Below the pieces are notes generated by a model. The model had not been told where the DNA came from, did not search any database, and was given only the letters and a program-made list of their open reading frames with translations. Source: Elusimicrobiota bacterium (GTDB lineage Bacteria; Elusimicrobiota; Elusimicrobia; Elusimicrobiales; UBA9959). Taken from it: a DNA stretch of 64,000 nt. Positions 14,932 through 26,639 of this stretch are shown here, piece by piece (within the stretch, counting starts at the first letter, position 1; every line of letters begins with the position of its first letter). A program made the position numbers and the translations under genes. Location: NCBI GenBank assembly GCA_003482905.1, contig DMXM01000042.1, positions 2,398-66,397 of the forward strand, read 5' to 3'.

Positions 14932-15024
14932 AAACCCGCCCCGGGGGAGTCCTATTGACACTCTCGGGGAAAAATAGGTTATATGTAGTGGTAATTTGAA
15001 GTGAGACCTTAAGGAGGAAGTACA

Positions 15025-15288
15025 ATGCCCGCAGCAAAAGCAAACTCGAAGTTCATGGCCCCCGTTAACCCTAACGACACTCTTGGCGCGATAGTCGGCA
15101 CGAAGCCGCTCCCCCGCACGGAGATAGTTAAGAAACTCTGGGTCTACATAAAGAAGAACAACCTTCAGGATAAGAAGAACAAGCGCAACATCAACGCCGA
15201 TGCCAAGCTTCTTCCTCTTTTCGCCAACAAGAAGCAGGTTACCATGTTCGACCTGGCCACCATCATCAGCAAGAACATAAAGAAATAA
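15025..15288 (+). CDS. SWIB/MDM2 domain protein (87 aa)
   Basis: LGAIVGTKPLPRTEIVKKLWVYIKKNNLQD...INADAKLLPLF...VTMFDLATIISKNI is the SWIB fold signature. AAGGAGG SD. Confidence 0.85.
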   Translation: MPAAKANSKFMAPVNPNDTLGAIVGTKPLPRTEIVKKLWVYIKKNNLQDKKNKRNINADAKLLPLFANKKQVTMFDLATIISKNIKK

Positions 15289-15306
15289 GCCGGTTGTTTA
15301 TCTCTT

Positions 15307-15341
15307 GACGCCGTCCGTGTTAAAAGCGGGCGGCGTTTTTA
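15307..15341. terminator. Rho-independent terminator between convergent genes
   Basis: ACGCCGTCCG...CGGGCGGCGT stem (one mismatch) followed by TTTTT. Confidence 0.6.
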
Positions 15342-15358
15342 ATTGTCGGGGGAGAAGG

Positions 15359-17074
15359 TCAGTCGGTGCGGCGGTCTATGATGTAATGGCTCTTGGGGGC
15401 GGCTTTGGCGCCTTTCTTGAGCTCGGTGCCGATATTGCTCACCTGCGCGAAGGAATGCAGGGCGCGGGTCTTGTTCTGCACTATGCCGATGGAGATGGAG
15501 AGGAAGGGGAATTTCTTTATATCGCCCTGGCGGTCGGTGGAGATTATGTGCCCGCGGTCGCGGTCGGCCTTATTGTAGAAAGAGGGGGCGATCTCGTCGA
15601 AAGCCGCGGCTATAAGCCTGGCCAGGTCTTCGGCCCGGTCGAAAGCCGTGACCACTATGAAGTCGTCGCCGCCTATATGGCCGATGAAGTCTTCCGAGTG
15701 CTCGTTCTGGATGGTCAGCTTTACCAGCAGGTTGGCGGTGGCCTTCAGCACCCGGTCTCCGGCCTCGAAGCCATAGGTATCGTTGTAGGCCTTGAAGTTG
15801 TTGAGGTCCAGGTAAAGCACCGCGAAGGCATTTCCCATCTGGATCTCGCGTTCCACGCGGGCCTGTATGGAAGGGTTTCCCGGCAGTTTTGAAAGAGGGT
15901 TGGTGTCCAGCACCTGCTTGTTGCGCTTCAGGATCATGCGGATGCGCGCTATCAGTTCGTCCGTGTCCACGGGCTTTATCAGGTAATCGTCTATGCCCAT
16001 GCCCAGGCCTTTGAGTTTGGTGCGCTTTTCGCCCGCGCCGGTCACTATTATTATCGGGATATGGGCGAAGATGGGGTTGTTCTTAAGGTCCTGCGCCACT
16101 TCAAGGCCGTCCTTGCGCGGCATGTTATTGTCCAGCACTATGATGTCCGGGCTGGTCTCAAAAACCTCTTTCAGGGCCTCCACTCCGTCGTGGGCTGTGA
16201 AGACCTCAAAGCCGGCGGCTTCCACCATTTCCTTCATCAAAATCAGCAGTTCGGTCTGATCGTCAGCCAGCAGCACGCGCGGGCGGACGGGTTTGGGCGG
16301 CTCGCCCGGCAGGGAACGGCGCGCCTGAGCGGTCTGCTCTTCTATAAGTTTTAAAAGCAGGTCGCCCGGGATCTCCCTTGCAACTATCTCCGGCAGGCCG
16401 GTGAGGACCCCGTGCTCCTGGTAGTTCCCCAGGCGCAGCCCGCTCAGGATTATTATGGGAATGCCGGAGGTGTCGGCGGAGTCCTGCATCTCCTCCATGA
16501 TGGCGAAACCGTCTTTCTTAGGCATCATGATGTCGAGCAGCAGCGCCTCCGGCTTGTCGGAGCGGAGGCGGTCCATTACGGACGACGCGTCGCCTACCAT
16601 TATGGCGCGGTAGTCGTTGGCTTCCAGGAACATTTTAACCAGGTCTGAGAATTCAGGGTCGTCGTCCGCCACCATAACGGCGGGCTGCACGCCGGGGACC
16701 CGCTCCGGCAGGATGCCGCGCAGGGAGGCTTTAAGGGCCTCGAAATCCACCGGCTTGGTGAGGTAGCCGCGCACTTTGGGGGCGGGGCCGGTGACGATAT
16801 CCATTTTTGGGGTCTGGGAAAAGATTATTATTTTCTGGTTTTCCGTGAAGGGATTCTTCTTGATTTCGGCGATGAAATCCAGGGGGTTGAAGCCCTGCAT
16901 GAGGATGTTCAGTATCACCAGGTCCGGCTTCCAGTTCTGTACGGCCGTGAGGGCCTGCTGGTGATCGGCCACCATCTGCGCGAGGTAGCCGTGGTCCGTC
17001 AGAAATGTGATGAGAGAGCGCGCCGAGTCCGCGTCGTTCTCCACAATGAGTATCTTTTTCCCTCCGGCGTCCAT
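15359..17074 (-). CDS. Triple-receiver response regulator with a C-terminal GGDEF-type domain (motif GGDDF)
   Basis: REC1 has Asn at the acceptor position (DLVILNILM). REC2 is LLLDIMMPKKDG and REC3 is IVLDNNMPRKDG. The cyclase-like domain reads LPGNPSI...YLDLNNFKAYND...GHIGGDDFIVV. Confidence 0.85.
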   Translation of the reverse strand: MDAGGKKILIVENDADSARSLITFLTDHGYLAQMVADHQQALTAVQNWKPDLVILNILMQGFNPLDFIAEIKKNPFTENQKIIIFSQTPKMDIVTGPAPKVRGYLTKPVDFEALKASLRGILPERVPGVQPAVMVADDDPEFSDLVKMFLEANDYRAIMVGDASSVMDRLRSDKPEALLLDIMMPKKDGFAIMEEMQDSADTSGIPIIILSGLRLGNYQEHGVLTGLPEIVAREIPGDLLLKLIEEQTAQARRSLPGEPPKPVRPRVLLADDQTELLILMKEMVEAAGFEVFTAHDGVEALKEVFETSPDIIVLDNNMPRKDGLEVAQDLKNNPIFAHIPIIIVTGAGEKRTKLKGLGMGIDDYLIKPVDTDELIARIRMILKRNKQVLDTNPLSKLPGNPSIQARVEREIQMGNAFAVLYLDLNNFKAYNDTYGFEAGDRVLKATANLLVKLTIQNEHSEDFIGHIGGDDFIVVTAFDRAEDLARLIAAAFDEIAPSFYNKADRDRGHIISTDRQGDIKKFPFLSISIGIVQNKTRALHSFAQVSNIGTELKKGAKAAPKSHYIIDRRTD

Positions 17075-17150
17075 GCCATGATTTTACCATTTTATTTTTA
17101 TACGGTTACACCGGGGGCGCCCCGGCGCCCGAAAAATGTAGAATAGCGGT

Positions 17151-17366
17151 ATGACCGGACAGACAGAGGAATACTGGAAGTACGCGCAAATAGGGCTGGA
17201 GCTGGCCGCGGCCGTGCTGCTGGGTTTCTGGGCCGGGTACCAGCTGGATAAAAAAGCCGGCACGGCGCCCTGGCTTATGCTCGGCGGCGCCGCGGGCGGT
17301 ATGGGCGCCGGGTTCTACCTGGTAGTCCGCGAACTGTTCTCCGGTGAAAAAAAGGGGGGGAAGTGA
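17151..17366 (+). CDS. atpZ: AtpZ/AtpI-family small membrane protein (ATP synthase operon leader gene)
   Basis: YAQIGLELAAAVLLGFWAGYQLDKKAGTAPWLMLGGAAGGMGAGFY; positioned directly upstream of the atp genes. Confidence 0.7.
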   Translation: MTGQTEEYWKYAQIGLELAAAVLLGFWAGYQLDKKAGTAPWLMLGGAAGGMGAGFYLVVRELFSGEKKGGK

Positions 17367-17653
17367 TAAATTCAACCCCCGCCGCCGTTCTTTACGGAGC
17401 CGCGCTGGGCGCCATGGTCGGGTGGGCTACGCGGCTGGCTCTGGGCCGCGGGCTGAAGGCGCCGGAGGCCGTGTTCTATTCGGTTTTCGTGGGCGGAATT
17501 TTTATCCGTCTTTTCGTCCTGGTGGCGGCCGTTTGTCTGCTGCGCCATGAAAAATATATAATTATAATCGCTTTCGCGGTCTCACAGATCCTGGTCCAGA
17601 CTATTTTTGAAGCGTTTCCGCTGAAATATAATGGGATTAAAAGAAATTCTTGA
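17363..17653 (+). CDS. atpI: ATP synthase subunit I-like membrane protein
   Basis: 96 aa with 3 hydrophobic segments. GTGA overlap with the preceding gene. Assigned by position before atpB. Confidence 0.5.
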   Translation: MINSTPAAVLYGAALGAMVGWATRLALGRGLKAPEAVFYSVFVGGIFIRLFVLVAAVCLLRHEKYIIIIAFAVSQILVQTIFEAFPLKYNGIKRNS

Positions 17654-18392
17654 ACACCATATAGTGGACCATGTCTGGTCCAGGGCCGTTCTCGGCCCGC
17701 TCAGCGTCCCTTTTTCCAAACACCTGCTGATGATGGTCATAGCTTCCGCCATCCTGCTGGTGGTGTTCCCCCTGATCATCCGCAGCAAGTCCCGCGTCCT
17801 CGCCCCGTTCAGGGCCATCATAGAGATAATAGTGCTGTTCCTGCGCGACGAAGTGGTGGTGCCCAACCTCGGCCACAAGGGCGCGGCGTATATGGGATAC
17901 TTCTCCACGCTGTTCTTCTTCATTCTCCTGCTGAACCTCCTGGGCCTGGTGCCCTTCGGCGCCACCGCCACCGGCAACCTGGCCGTTACCGCGGGGCTCG
18001 CGCTTACCACCTTTGTGCTGATAAACTTCGCCGGCATAAAGGAGCAGGGGCTGTTCAAATACCTGTCGCATATCGTGCCCAAGGGCGTGCCGGGGTGGCT
18101 GTACCCGCTGCTGTTCCCCATAGAGCTGATCGGCCTGGTGACCAAGGCTTTCGCCCTCTGTATCCGTCTGTTCGCCAACATGATAGCCGGGCACATAGTG
18201 ATCCTGGCCTTCATCAGTTTTATTTTTATATTCGGCTCGCTCAACGTGTTCGTCGGTTTCGCGGTGGCGCCCGTGTCGGTCGGGCTGGTGCTGTTCACGC
18301 TGCTGCTGGAGCTTTTTGTGGCTTTCCTGCAGGCGTACGTTTTTGTTTTCCTGACGGCGATCTTTACCGGCTCGGCCATGCACCCGCACTGA
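17631..18392 (+). CDS. atpB: F0F1 ATP synthase subunit a
   Basis: LCIRLFANMIAGH (essential Arg motif); N-terminus LEHHIVDH...SKHLLMM. Confidence 0.95.
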   Translation: MGLKEILEHHIVDHVWSRAVLGPLSVPFSKHLLMMVIASAILLVVFPLIIRSKSRVLAPFRAIIEIIVLFLRDEVVVPNLGHKGAAYMGYFSTLFFFILLLNLLGLVPFGATATGNLAVTAGLALTTFVLINFAGIKEQGLFKYLSHIVPKGVPGWLYPLLFPIELIGLVTKAFALCIRLFANMIAGHIVILAFISFIFIFGSLNVFVGFAVAPVSVGLVLFTLLLELFVAFLQAYVFVFLTAIFTGSAMHPH

Positions 18393-18426
18393 TTTTTGGT
18401 TCGATATTTTAACGGAGGTAGTACAC

Positions 18427-18723
18427 ATGAACGACTTAACATTCCTCGGTCTCGGCTATATAGGCGCCGGCCTCGGCGCCGGCCTTACCCTGATAGGCGC
18501 GGGTCTCGGCATCGGCAAGCTGGCCGCCGGCGCCCTCGACGGCACCGCCCGCCAGCCGGAAGCCGGCCCGGCCCTGCGCACCACCATGATCATCGCGGCC
18601 GCCCTTATAGAGGGCCTCGCGTTCTTCGCGCTGGTCATCTGCCTGCTGGCCGTGATGAACTTCGCCATGCCCAAGGGCGAAGCCGCCCCGGCCGCCGCGC
18701 AGACCACCTCGGCGCAGCACTAA
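18427..18723 (+). CDS. atpE: F0F1 ATP synthase subunit c (with an Ala/Pro-rich C-terminal tail)
   Basis: GAGLGIGKLAAGALDGTARQPE loop; carboxylate helix AAALIEGLAFFALV. Confidence 0.95.
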   Translation: MNDLTFLGLGYIGAGLGAGLTLIGAGLGIGKLAAGALDGTARQPEAGPALRTTMIIAAALIEGLAFFALVICLLAVMNFAMPKGEAAPAAAQTTSAQH

Positions 18724-18816
18724 GCGGGTCGGGGTCGAGGGTCGGGAGTCAAAGCGGAGGCGAAAGAACTTCTCCTTGCGTTGACCTCCGGTCCCGGCTC
18801 CAGGCTAGGAGTTAAT

Positions 18817-19338
18817 ATGGAAGCATTGATCAGGCCCGAATTCGGCCTTACGTTCTGGACGATAACCTGCTTTGTCCTGCTGGTGTTCGTGCTGTCGAAA
18901 ACCGCGTGGAAGCCGCTGATGCAGGCCGTGGAGGAGCGCGAGCGCTCCATAAAGCACGACCTCCACTCGGCCGAAACGGCCCGCGCCGCGGCCGAAAAGC
19001 TTAAAGGCGAGCTGGCCGCCCAGCTGGCCGCCCTGAAGGCGGAGATACAGCGCCGGCTGGAAGAGGCGCGCCTGACCGCCGAGAAAGAGACGGACCTGCT
19101 TATAGAAGAGGCCCGCCGCAGCGCCGGCGTTATAGTGGAGTCGGCGCGCAAGGAGATAGAGGCGCAAAAAACCGAGGCCGCCCGCGAACTCAGGAACAAG
19201 GTGGCCGACCTGGCCGTACTGGCCGCCGAGCGCATACTCCTCAAGCAGCTGGACCACCGGGCCAACACGGACCTCGCGGCCAGGTATCTGGCCGAACTCG
19301 AGAAAGAAAGGCCGGACCTGAAGCTGGGGACCAACTAA
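18817..19338 (+). CDS. atpF: F0F1 ATP synthase subunit b
   Basis: MEALIRPEFGLTFWTITCFVLLVFVLSKTAWKPL followed by a long charged helix. AGGAG SD before ATG 18817 (the track start at 18781 is less likely). Confidence 0.9.
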   Translation: MEALIRPEFGLTFWTITCFVLLVFVLSKTAWKPLMQAVEERERSIKHDLHSAETARAAAEKLKGELAAQLAALKAEIQRRLEEARLTAEKETDLLIEEARRSAGVIVESARKEIEAQKTEAARELRNKVADLAVLAAERILLKQLDHRANTDLAARYLAELEKERPDLKLGTN

Positions 19339-19880
19339 ATGGATTCAAACGCCAAGATCCTTGCCAAGCGCTACGCCAGGGCCTATATGGGCCTGGACGG
19401 CAAGGTTTTCGGCAACGCCCTGGAGGTCGCCTCCATGGAAAAGCTCAACGGGCTGCGCCGGGTTTTTGAGGCGGCGCGGCCCTATCTGAAGACCCTGACC
19501 CACCCCGTGGTCAACAGCGCCGTCAGACTTGAGGCGCTGGAAAAGATACTTGGGGAAAAAAACGCGGGCTCGGCGGCGTCCTTCACGGCGCTGCTGGTCA
19601 AGCGCGGGCGGTTCAGCCTGCTCGAAGAGATAATGCAGGAGTGCCTGCGCCTGCACGACAATTTTTGCGGCCTGCTGCGCGCCGAAGTGTTCAGCCGCTA
19701 TACGCTTTCGGAGGGCGAGCTGAAAAGGATAGAGGCCCTGCTGGCGGGGATCTCGAGAAAGCGCGTCGGCCTGCGCAACATAATCACCGAACGCGTGATA
19801 GGCGGTTTCGAGATAAAGATAGGGGACACCCTTATAGACGCCACGGTACGCGGGCGGCTCGAGGCTATGAAAAGGATCTT

Positions 19881-19884
<4 letters not shown>
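19339..19884 (+). CDS. atpH: F0F1 ATP synthase subunit delta (OSCP)
   Basis: Size and position; C-terminus [22 protein letters not shown] is typical of delta. Confidence 0.9.
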
Positions 19885-21392
<1,508 letters not shown>

Positions 21393-21412
21393 GGACTGGT
21401 GAGGCTGGCTAA

Positions 21413-22336
21413 ATGAAAAAATACCTCGTAACCGGCGGCGCCGGATTCATCGGTTCCAATCTCGCCTTTACGCTCTGCGAAGAGCGCAAGGCGAAAGTGA
21501 CGGTGCTGGATAATTTCTCCTCCGGCAACTACAAGACCCTTCTGGGTTTTACTGGGGATATCATAGCCGACGACATCCTGAGCCGGGCCTGGTTCGACAA
21601 GGCCGGCCCGGTGGACGCCATTTTTCACGAGGCGGCCATAACCGACACCACCGTGCACGACCAGCGCAGGATGATGGAGGTGAACGTTGACGGTTTCCGC
21701 AACGTGCTCGACTTCGCGCTTAAGTCCGGCGTGAAGCGCGTGGTCTACGCCTCTTCCGCCGCGGTTTACGGCAACGGCGCCACCCCCATGCGCGAGGAGC
21801 AGCCGCCTACGCCGGAGAACGTCTACGGTTTTTCAAAGGCCATCATGGATAACACGGCGCGGGAGTTCGCGGCCGCTCACCCGGACATGACGCTGGTGGG
21901 GCTGCGCTATTTTAACGTCTACGGCCCCCGGGAATATTACAAGGGCAATCCCGCCAGCATGATGTTCCATCTTTATAACCAGATGAAGGCCGGCAAGCCG
22001 CCGCGCATTTTTAAGTTCGGCGAGCAGGTAAGGGATTTCGTTTACGTAAAGGACATCGTACGCGGCAACCTCAACGCGCTCGACGCCCAAAAGTCCTGCG
22101 TCTGCAACCTGGGCAGCGGCAAGCCCGGTAACTTTAACGAGGTTGTGGAGGCGCTGAACAAGGCCATGGGCCTGGACCTGGCCCCGGAATATTTCGATAA
22201 CCCATACGCCTTCTACCAGAACAAGACCCAGGCCGACCTGCGCCAGGCCAAAGCCCTGCTCAATTACAGGCCAGAATGGAACCTTTCCGACGGGATAGCG
22301 GACTACGTCAAAGCGCTGGAGCATACTAAAATATAA
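21413..22336 (+). CDS. hldD: ADP-L-glycero-D-manno-heptose-6-epimerase-like SDR (NAD-dependent epimerase)
   Basis: VTGGAGFIGSN; YASSAAVYG; GLRYFNVYGPREYYKGNPASMMFHL; RDFVYVKD; YQNKTQADL. These are collinear with E. coli HldD/RfaD motifs. Confidence 0.8.
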   Translation: MKKYLVTGGAGFIGSNLAFTLCEERKAKVTVLDNFSSGNYKTLLGFTGDIIADDILSRAWFDKAGPVDAIFHEAAITDTTVHDQRRMMEVNVDGFRNVLDFALKSGVKRVVYASSAAVYGNGATPMREEQPPTPENVYGFSKAIMDNTAREFAAAHPDMTLVGLRYFNVYGPREYYKGNPASMMFHLYNQMKAGKPPRIFKFGEQVRDFVYVKDIVRGNLNALDAQKSCVCNLGSGKPGNFNEVVEALNKAMGLDLAPEYFDNPYAFYQNKTQADLRQAKALLNYRPEWNLSDGIADYVKALEHTKI

Positions 22337-22345
22337 CGCTTAACT

Positions 22346-24675
<2,330 letters not shown>

Positions 24676-24689
24676 GCGGGCCAGTCAAC

Positions 24690-25115
24690 ATGGAAAAAAA
24701 GCATTTACTCCTTACCATAGTCACCCCCGAGCATACCGTCCTGTCGGATAAGCCGGTGGACCTGGTCACAATACCGGCCGTCGGGGGGGAAATGGGGATA
24801 CTGCCCGGCCACGCCTCGTTCGTGGTGCAGCTTAAGGAAGGGGTGATGCACTATAAGGAAGGCGTCCATAAGGAAGTCTTCTCCGTGCTTAACGGTTTCG
24901 CCGAGATCCATAAGGACAAGGTGCTGATAATGGCCGAGGCCGCCGAACTGGCCAAAGAGGTCAACGAGGAGCGCGCCCGCCAGGCCTACCAGAAAGCCAG
25001 GGAGACCCTGGCGATGCACGGCGCCGATATAGACCTGGACGCCGCCCAGGCCGCGCTGAAGCGCGCCGCCGTGCGCATTAAGTTGGCCGAGATCCGCCGC
25101 AAGCATAAACAGTAA
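24690..25115 (+). CDS. atpC: F0F1 ATP synthase subunit epsilon
   Basis: LLLTIVTPEHTVLSDKPVDLVTIPAVGGEMGILPGHA. Confidence 0.95.
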   Translation: MEKKHLLLTIVTPEHTVLSDKPVDLVTIPAVGGEMGILPGHASFVVQLKEGVMHYKEGVHKEVFSVLNGFAEIHKDKVLIMAEAAELAKEVNEERARQAYQKARETLAMHGADIDLDAAQAALKRAAVRIKLAEIRRKHKQ

Positions 25116-25132
25116 TATTCCGGGAAACGGAG

Positions 25133-25185
25133 AAAAGGGGACAGGCTACTTTTTTATAAAAAAAGTAGCCTGTCCCCTTTTTTTA
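25133..25185 (+). terminator. Strong rho-independent terminator after atpC
   Basis: Perfect long hairpin AAAAGGGGACAGGCTACTTTTTT-ATA-AAAAAAGTAGCCTGTCCCCTTTTTTT. Confidence 0.9.
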
Positions 25186-25321
25186 CCCGTTTTTTGCTCT
25201 GCACGGCTTCTATATTGTTTTTTTAAAATAGTTTTGCTAATCTGACCTTGGGGGATCAACTAACACAGAGCGTTGTCACAAAACAGCCGGCCTTAGCCGG
25301 ATTTTACGTGTTTTTTGCTTT

Positions 25322-25648
25322 ATGCGTGAAATCATAGCCGCGATATTGTCCGCCGAGGATGAAGCTGAACGCATGGTAGCCGAAGCCGCCGCGCGCGGCC
25401 GCGCCGTGATTTTGGAAGCCAGGAATAAGGCGTTGGAGATCTCGGAGACCTCGTCAGCGCAAGCGCGGCAGGCGGCCGGGCTGGCGTTAGACGCGGCGCT
25501 GGCGGCGGCAGCCCGCGAAAAAGAAGCGCTCCTGGCCGCCTCCGCAGCGGAGATAGAAAAAAACGCGTGTCTATCGGTGGCCGAAAGGCTTGCCGCGGTG
25601 GATCTTGTGGTGAAAGAAGTTCTCCGGGGGGGAAATGCTGGCGGTTAA
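25322..25648 (+). CDS. Small coiled-coil protein, putative V/A-type ATPase peripheral-stalk subunit (G/H-like)
   Basis: 108 aa, Ala/Glu/Arg-rich helical sequence, first gene of the V-type operon. No convincing SD. Assigned by context only. Confidence 0.4.
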   Translation: MREIIAAILSAEDEAERMVAEAAARGRAVILEARNKALEISETSSAQARQAAGLALDAALAAAAREKEALLAASAAEIEKNACLSVAERLAAVDLVVKEVLRGGNAGG

Positions 25649-26639
25649 GGACCTGGACAACCTGGCGGCGCGGCTTCACGGGCGAAGGGGCCGTATGGCC
25701 GAGGGGGCCCGGCTTTACGGATTTTGCGGCCTGGCCACACCGGCTTCGCTGGGGGCGGCGCTTTTCCCCGGTGTCGGTATCACGTTGTCTTCGCAGATAC
25801 AGCGGCGGCTGGAGGAAGATCTTTTTAACGAGATCAGGGAGATCTCGGCTTCGCTGGGGGGGGCGCGGGCGGCGTTCATGGACTGGCTGGCGGCGCGCCT
25901 CCAGCTTGAAAATATCAAGGTAGCCCTCCGGCGTATTTCAGCCGGCGCCTCCGGAGAGGAAGCGAGCCGGCACTTTTCCGGCCCGGGGCCGTACGGCTCA
26001 GGACTGGCGGCCGCCAAAAATAGTTCAGAGCTTTTGGCGGCGCTGCCGGGCGGGCCCTTGCGCGCCGCCGTGGAGCAGGCATACGCCGTGTACGGCGGCG
26101 ACGGCAGTTTATTCTTCCTGGAGGCCGCGGTGGAGAGGGGGTATTTGGCGGAACTGCTCACCAGGGCCGCCGTGCTGCCGTCGCCGGGCAGAAATGCGGC
26201 CCGCTCCCTGGCGGCGCAGGAGGCGGATATCTTTCACCTGGCGCTGGTATCGCGCGGAAGATTCTTTCACGGTCTAGAAACAGAAGATCTGCTGGCGTTG
26301 CATATTCCTGGCGCGGTAATAAGCCGCCGCAGGTTCCTGCGGATGCTGCTGGCGCCGGAACCGGAGGCGGCACTGGGCCTGGCGGCAGGGTTGGCGTTCG
26401 ACAGGAAGGATGGGCCGGCGGGCGGCCCCGAGAAGGCAGGATGGAGACGCTACGCGCGCCTGGCCGGTAAAGCGTTCCGCGGCTCCAATATTGATTTTGG
26501 GATAGCCGCCGGTTACGCCGCGCTGAAGCGCCTGGAGGCGGCCAACCTTATAACGGTGGCGGAAGGCCTGCGCCTGGGCGCGTCCGCCTCCGAATTACGC
26601 GGCAGGGTCATTAACAGCCGGGAGGGAGAAGGTGTTTAG
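25635..26639 (+). CDS. V/A-type ATPase subunit C (V0 d family)
   Basis: 334 aa. LQLENIKVALRRI and the repeated helical-bundle pattern are typical of subunit C/d. Operon context supports it. Confidence 0.6.
   Translation: MLAVKDLDNLAARLHGRRGRMAEGARLYGFCGLATPASLGAALFPGVGITLSSQIQRRLEEDLFNEIREISASLGGARAAFMDWLAARLQLENIKVALRRISAGASGEEASRHFSGPGPYGSGLAAAKNSSELLAALPGGPLRAAVEQAYAVYGGDGSLFFLEAAVERGYLAELLTRAAVLPSPGRNAARSLAAQEADIFHLALVSRGRFFHGLETEDLLALHIPGAVISRRRFLRMLLAPEPEAALGLAAGLAFDRKDGPAGGPEKAGWRRYARLAGKAFRGSNIDFGIAAGYAALKRLEAANLITVAEGLRLGASASELRGRVINSREGEGV

Noticed and set aside
13516-14961. 481-aa minus-strand ORF covering almost all of pckA
   Set aside because: It is antisense to a gene with unmistakable PckA motifs. 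Its translation is Gly/Arg/Ala/Val-rich with no motif, typical of open antisense frames in high-GC DNA.
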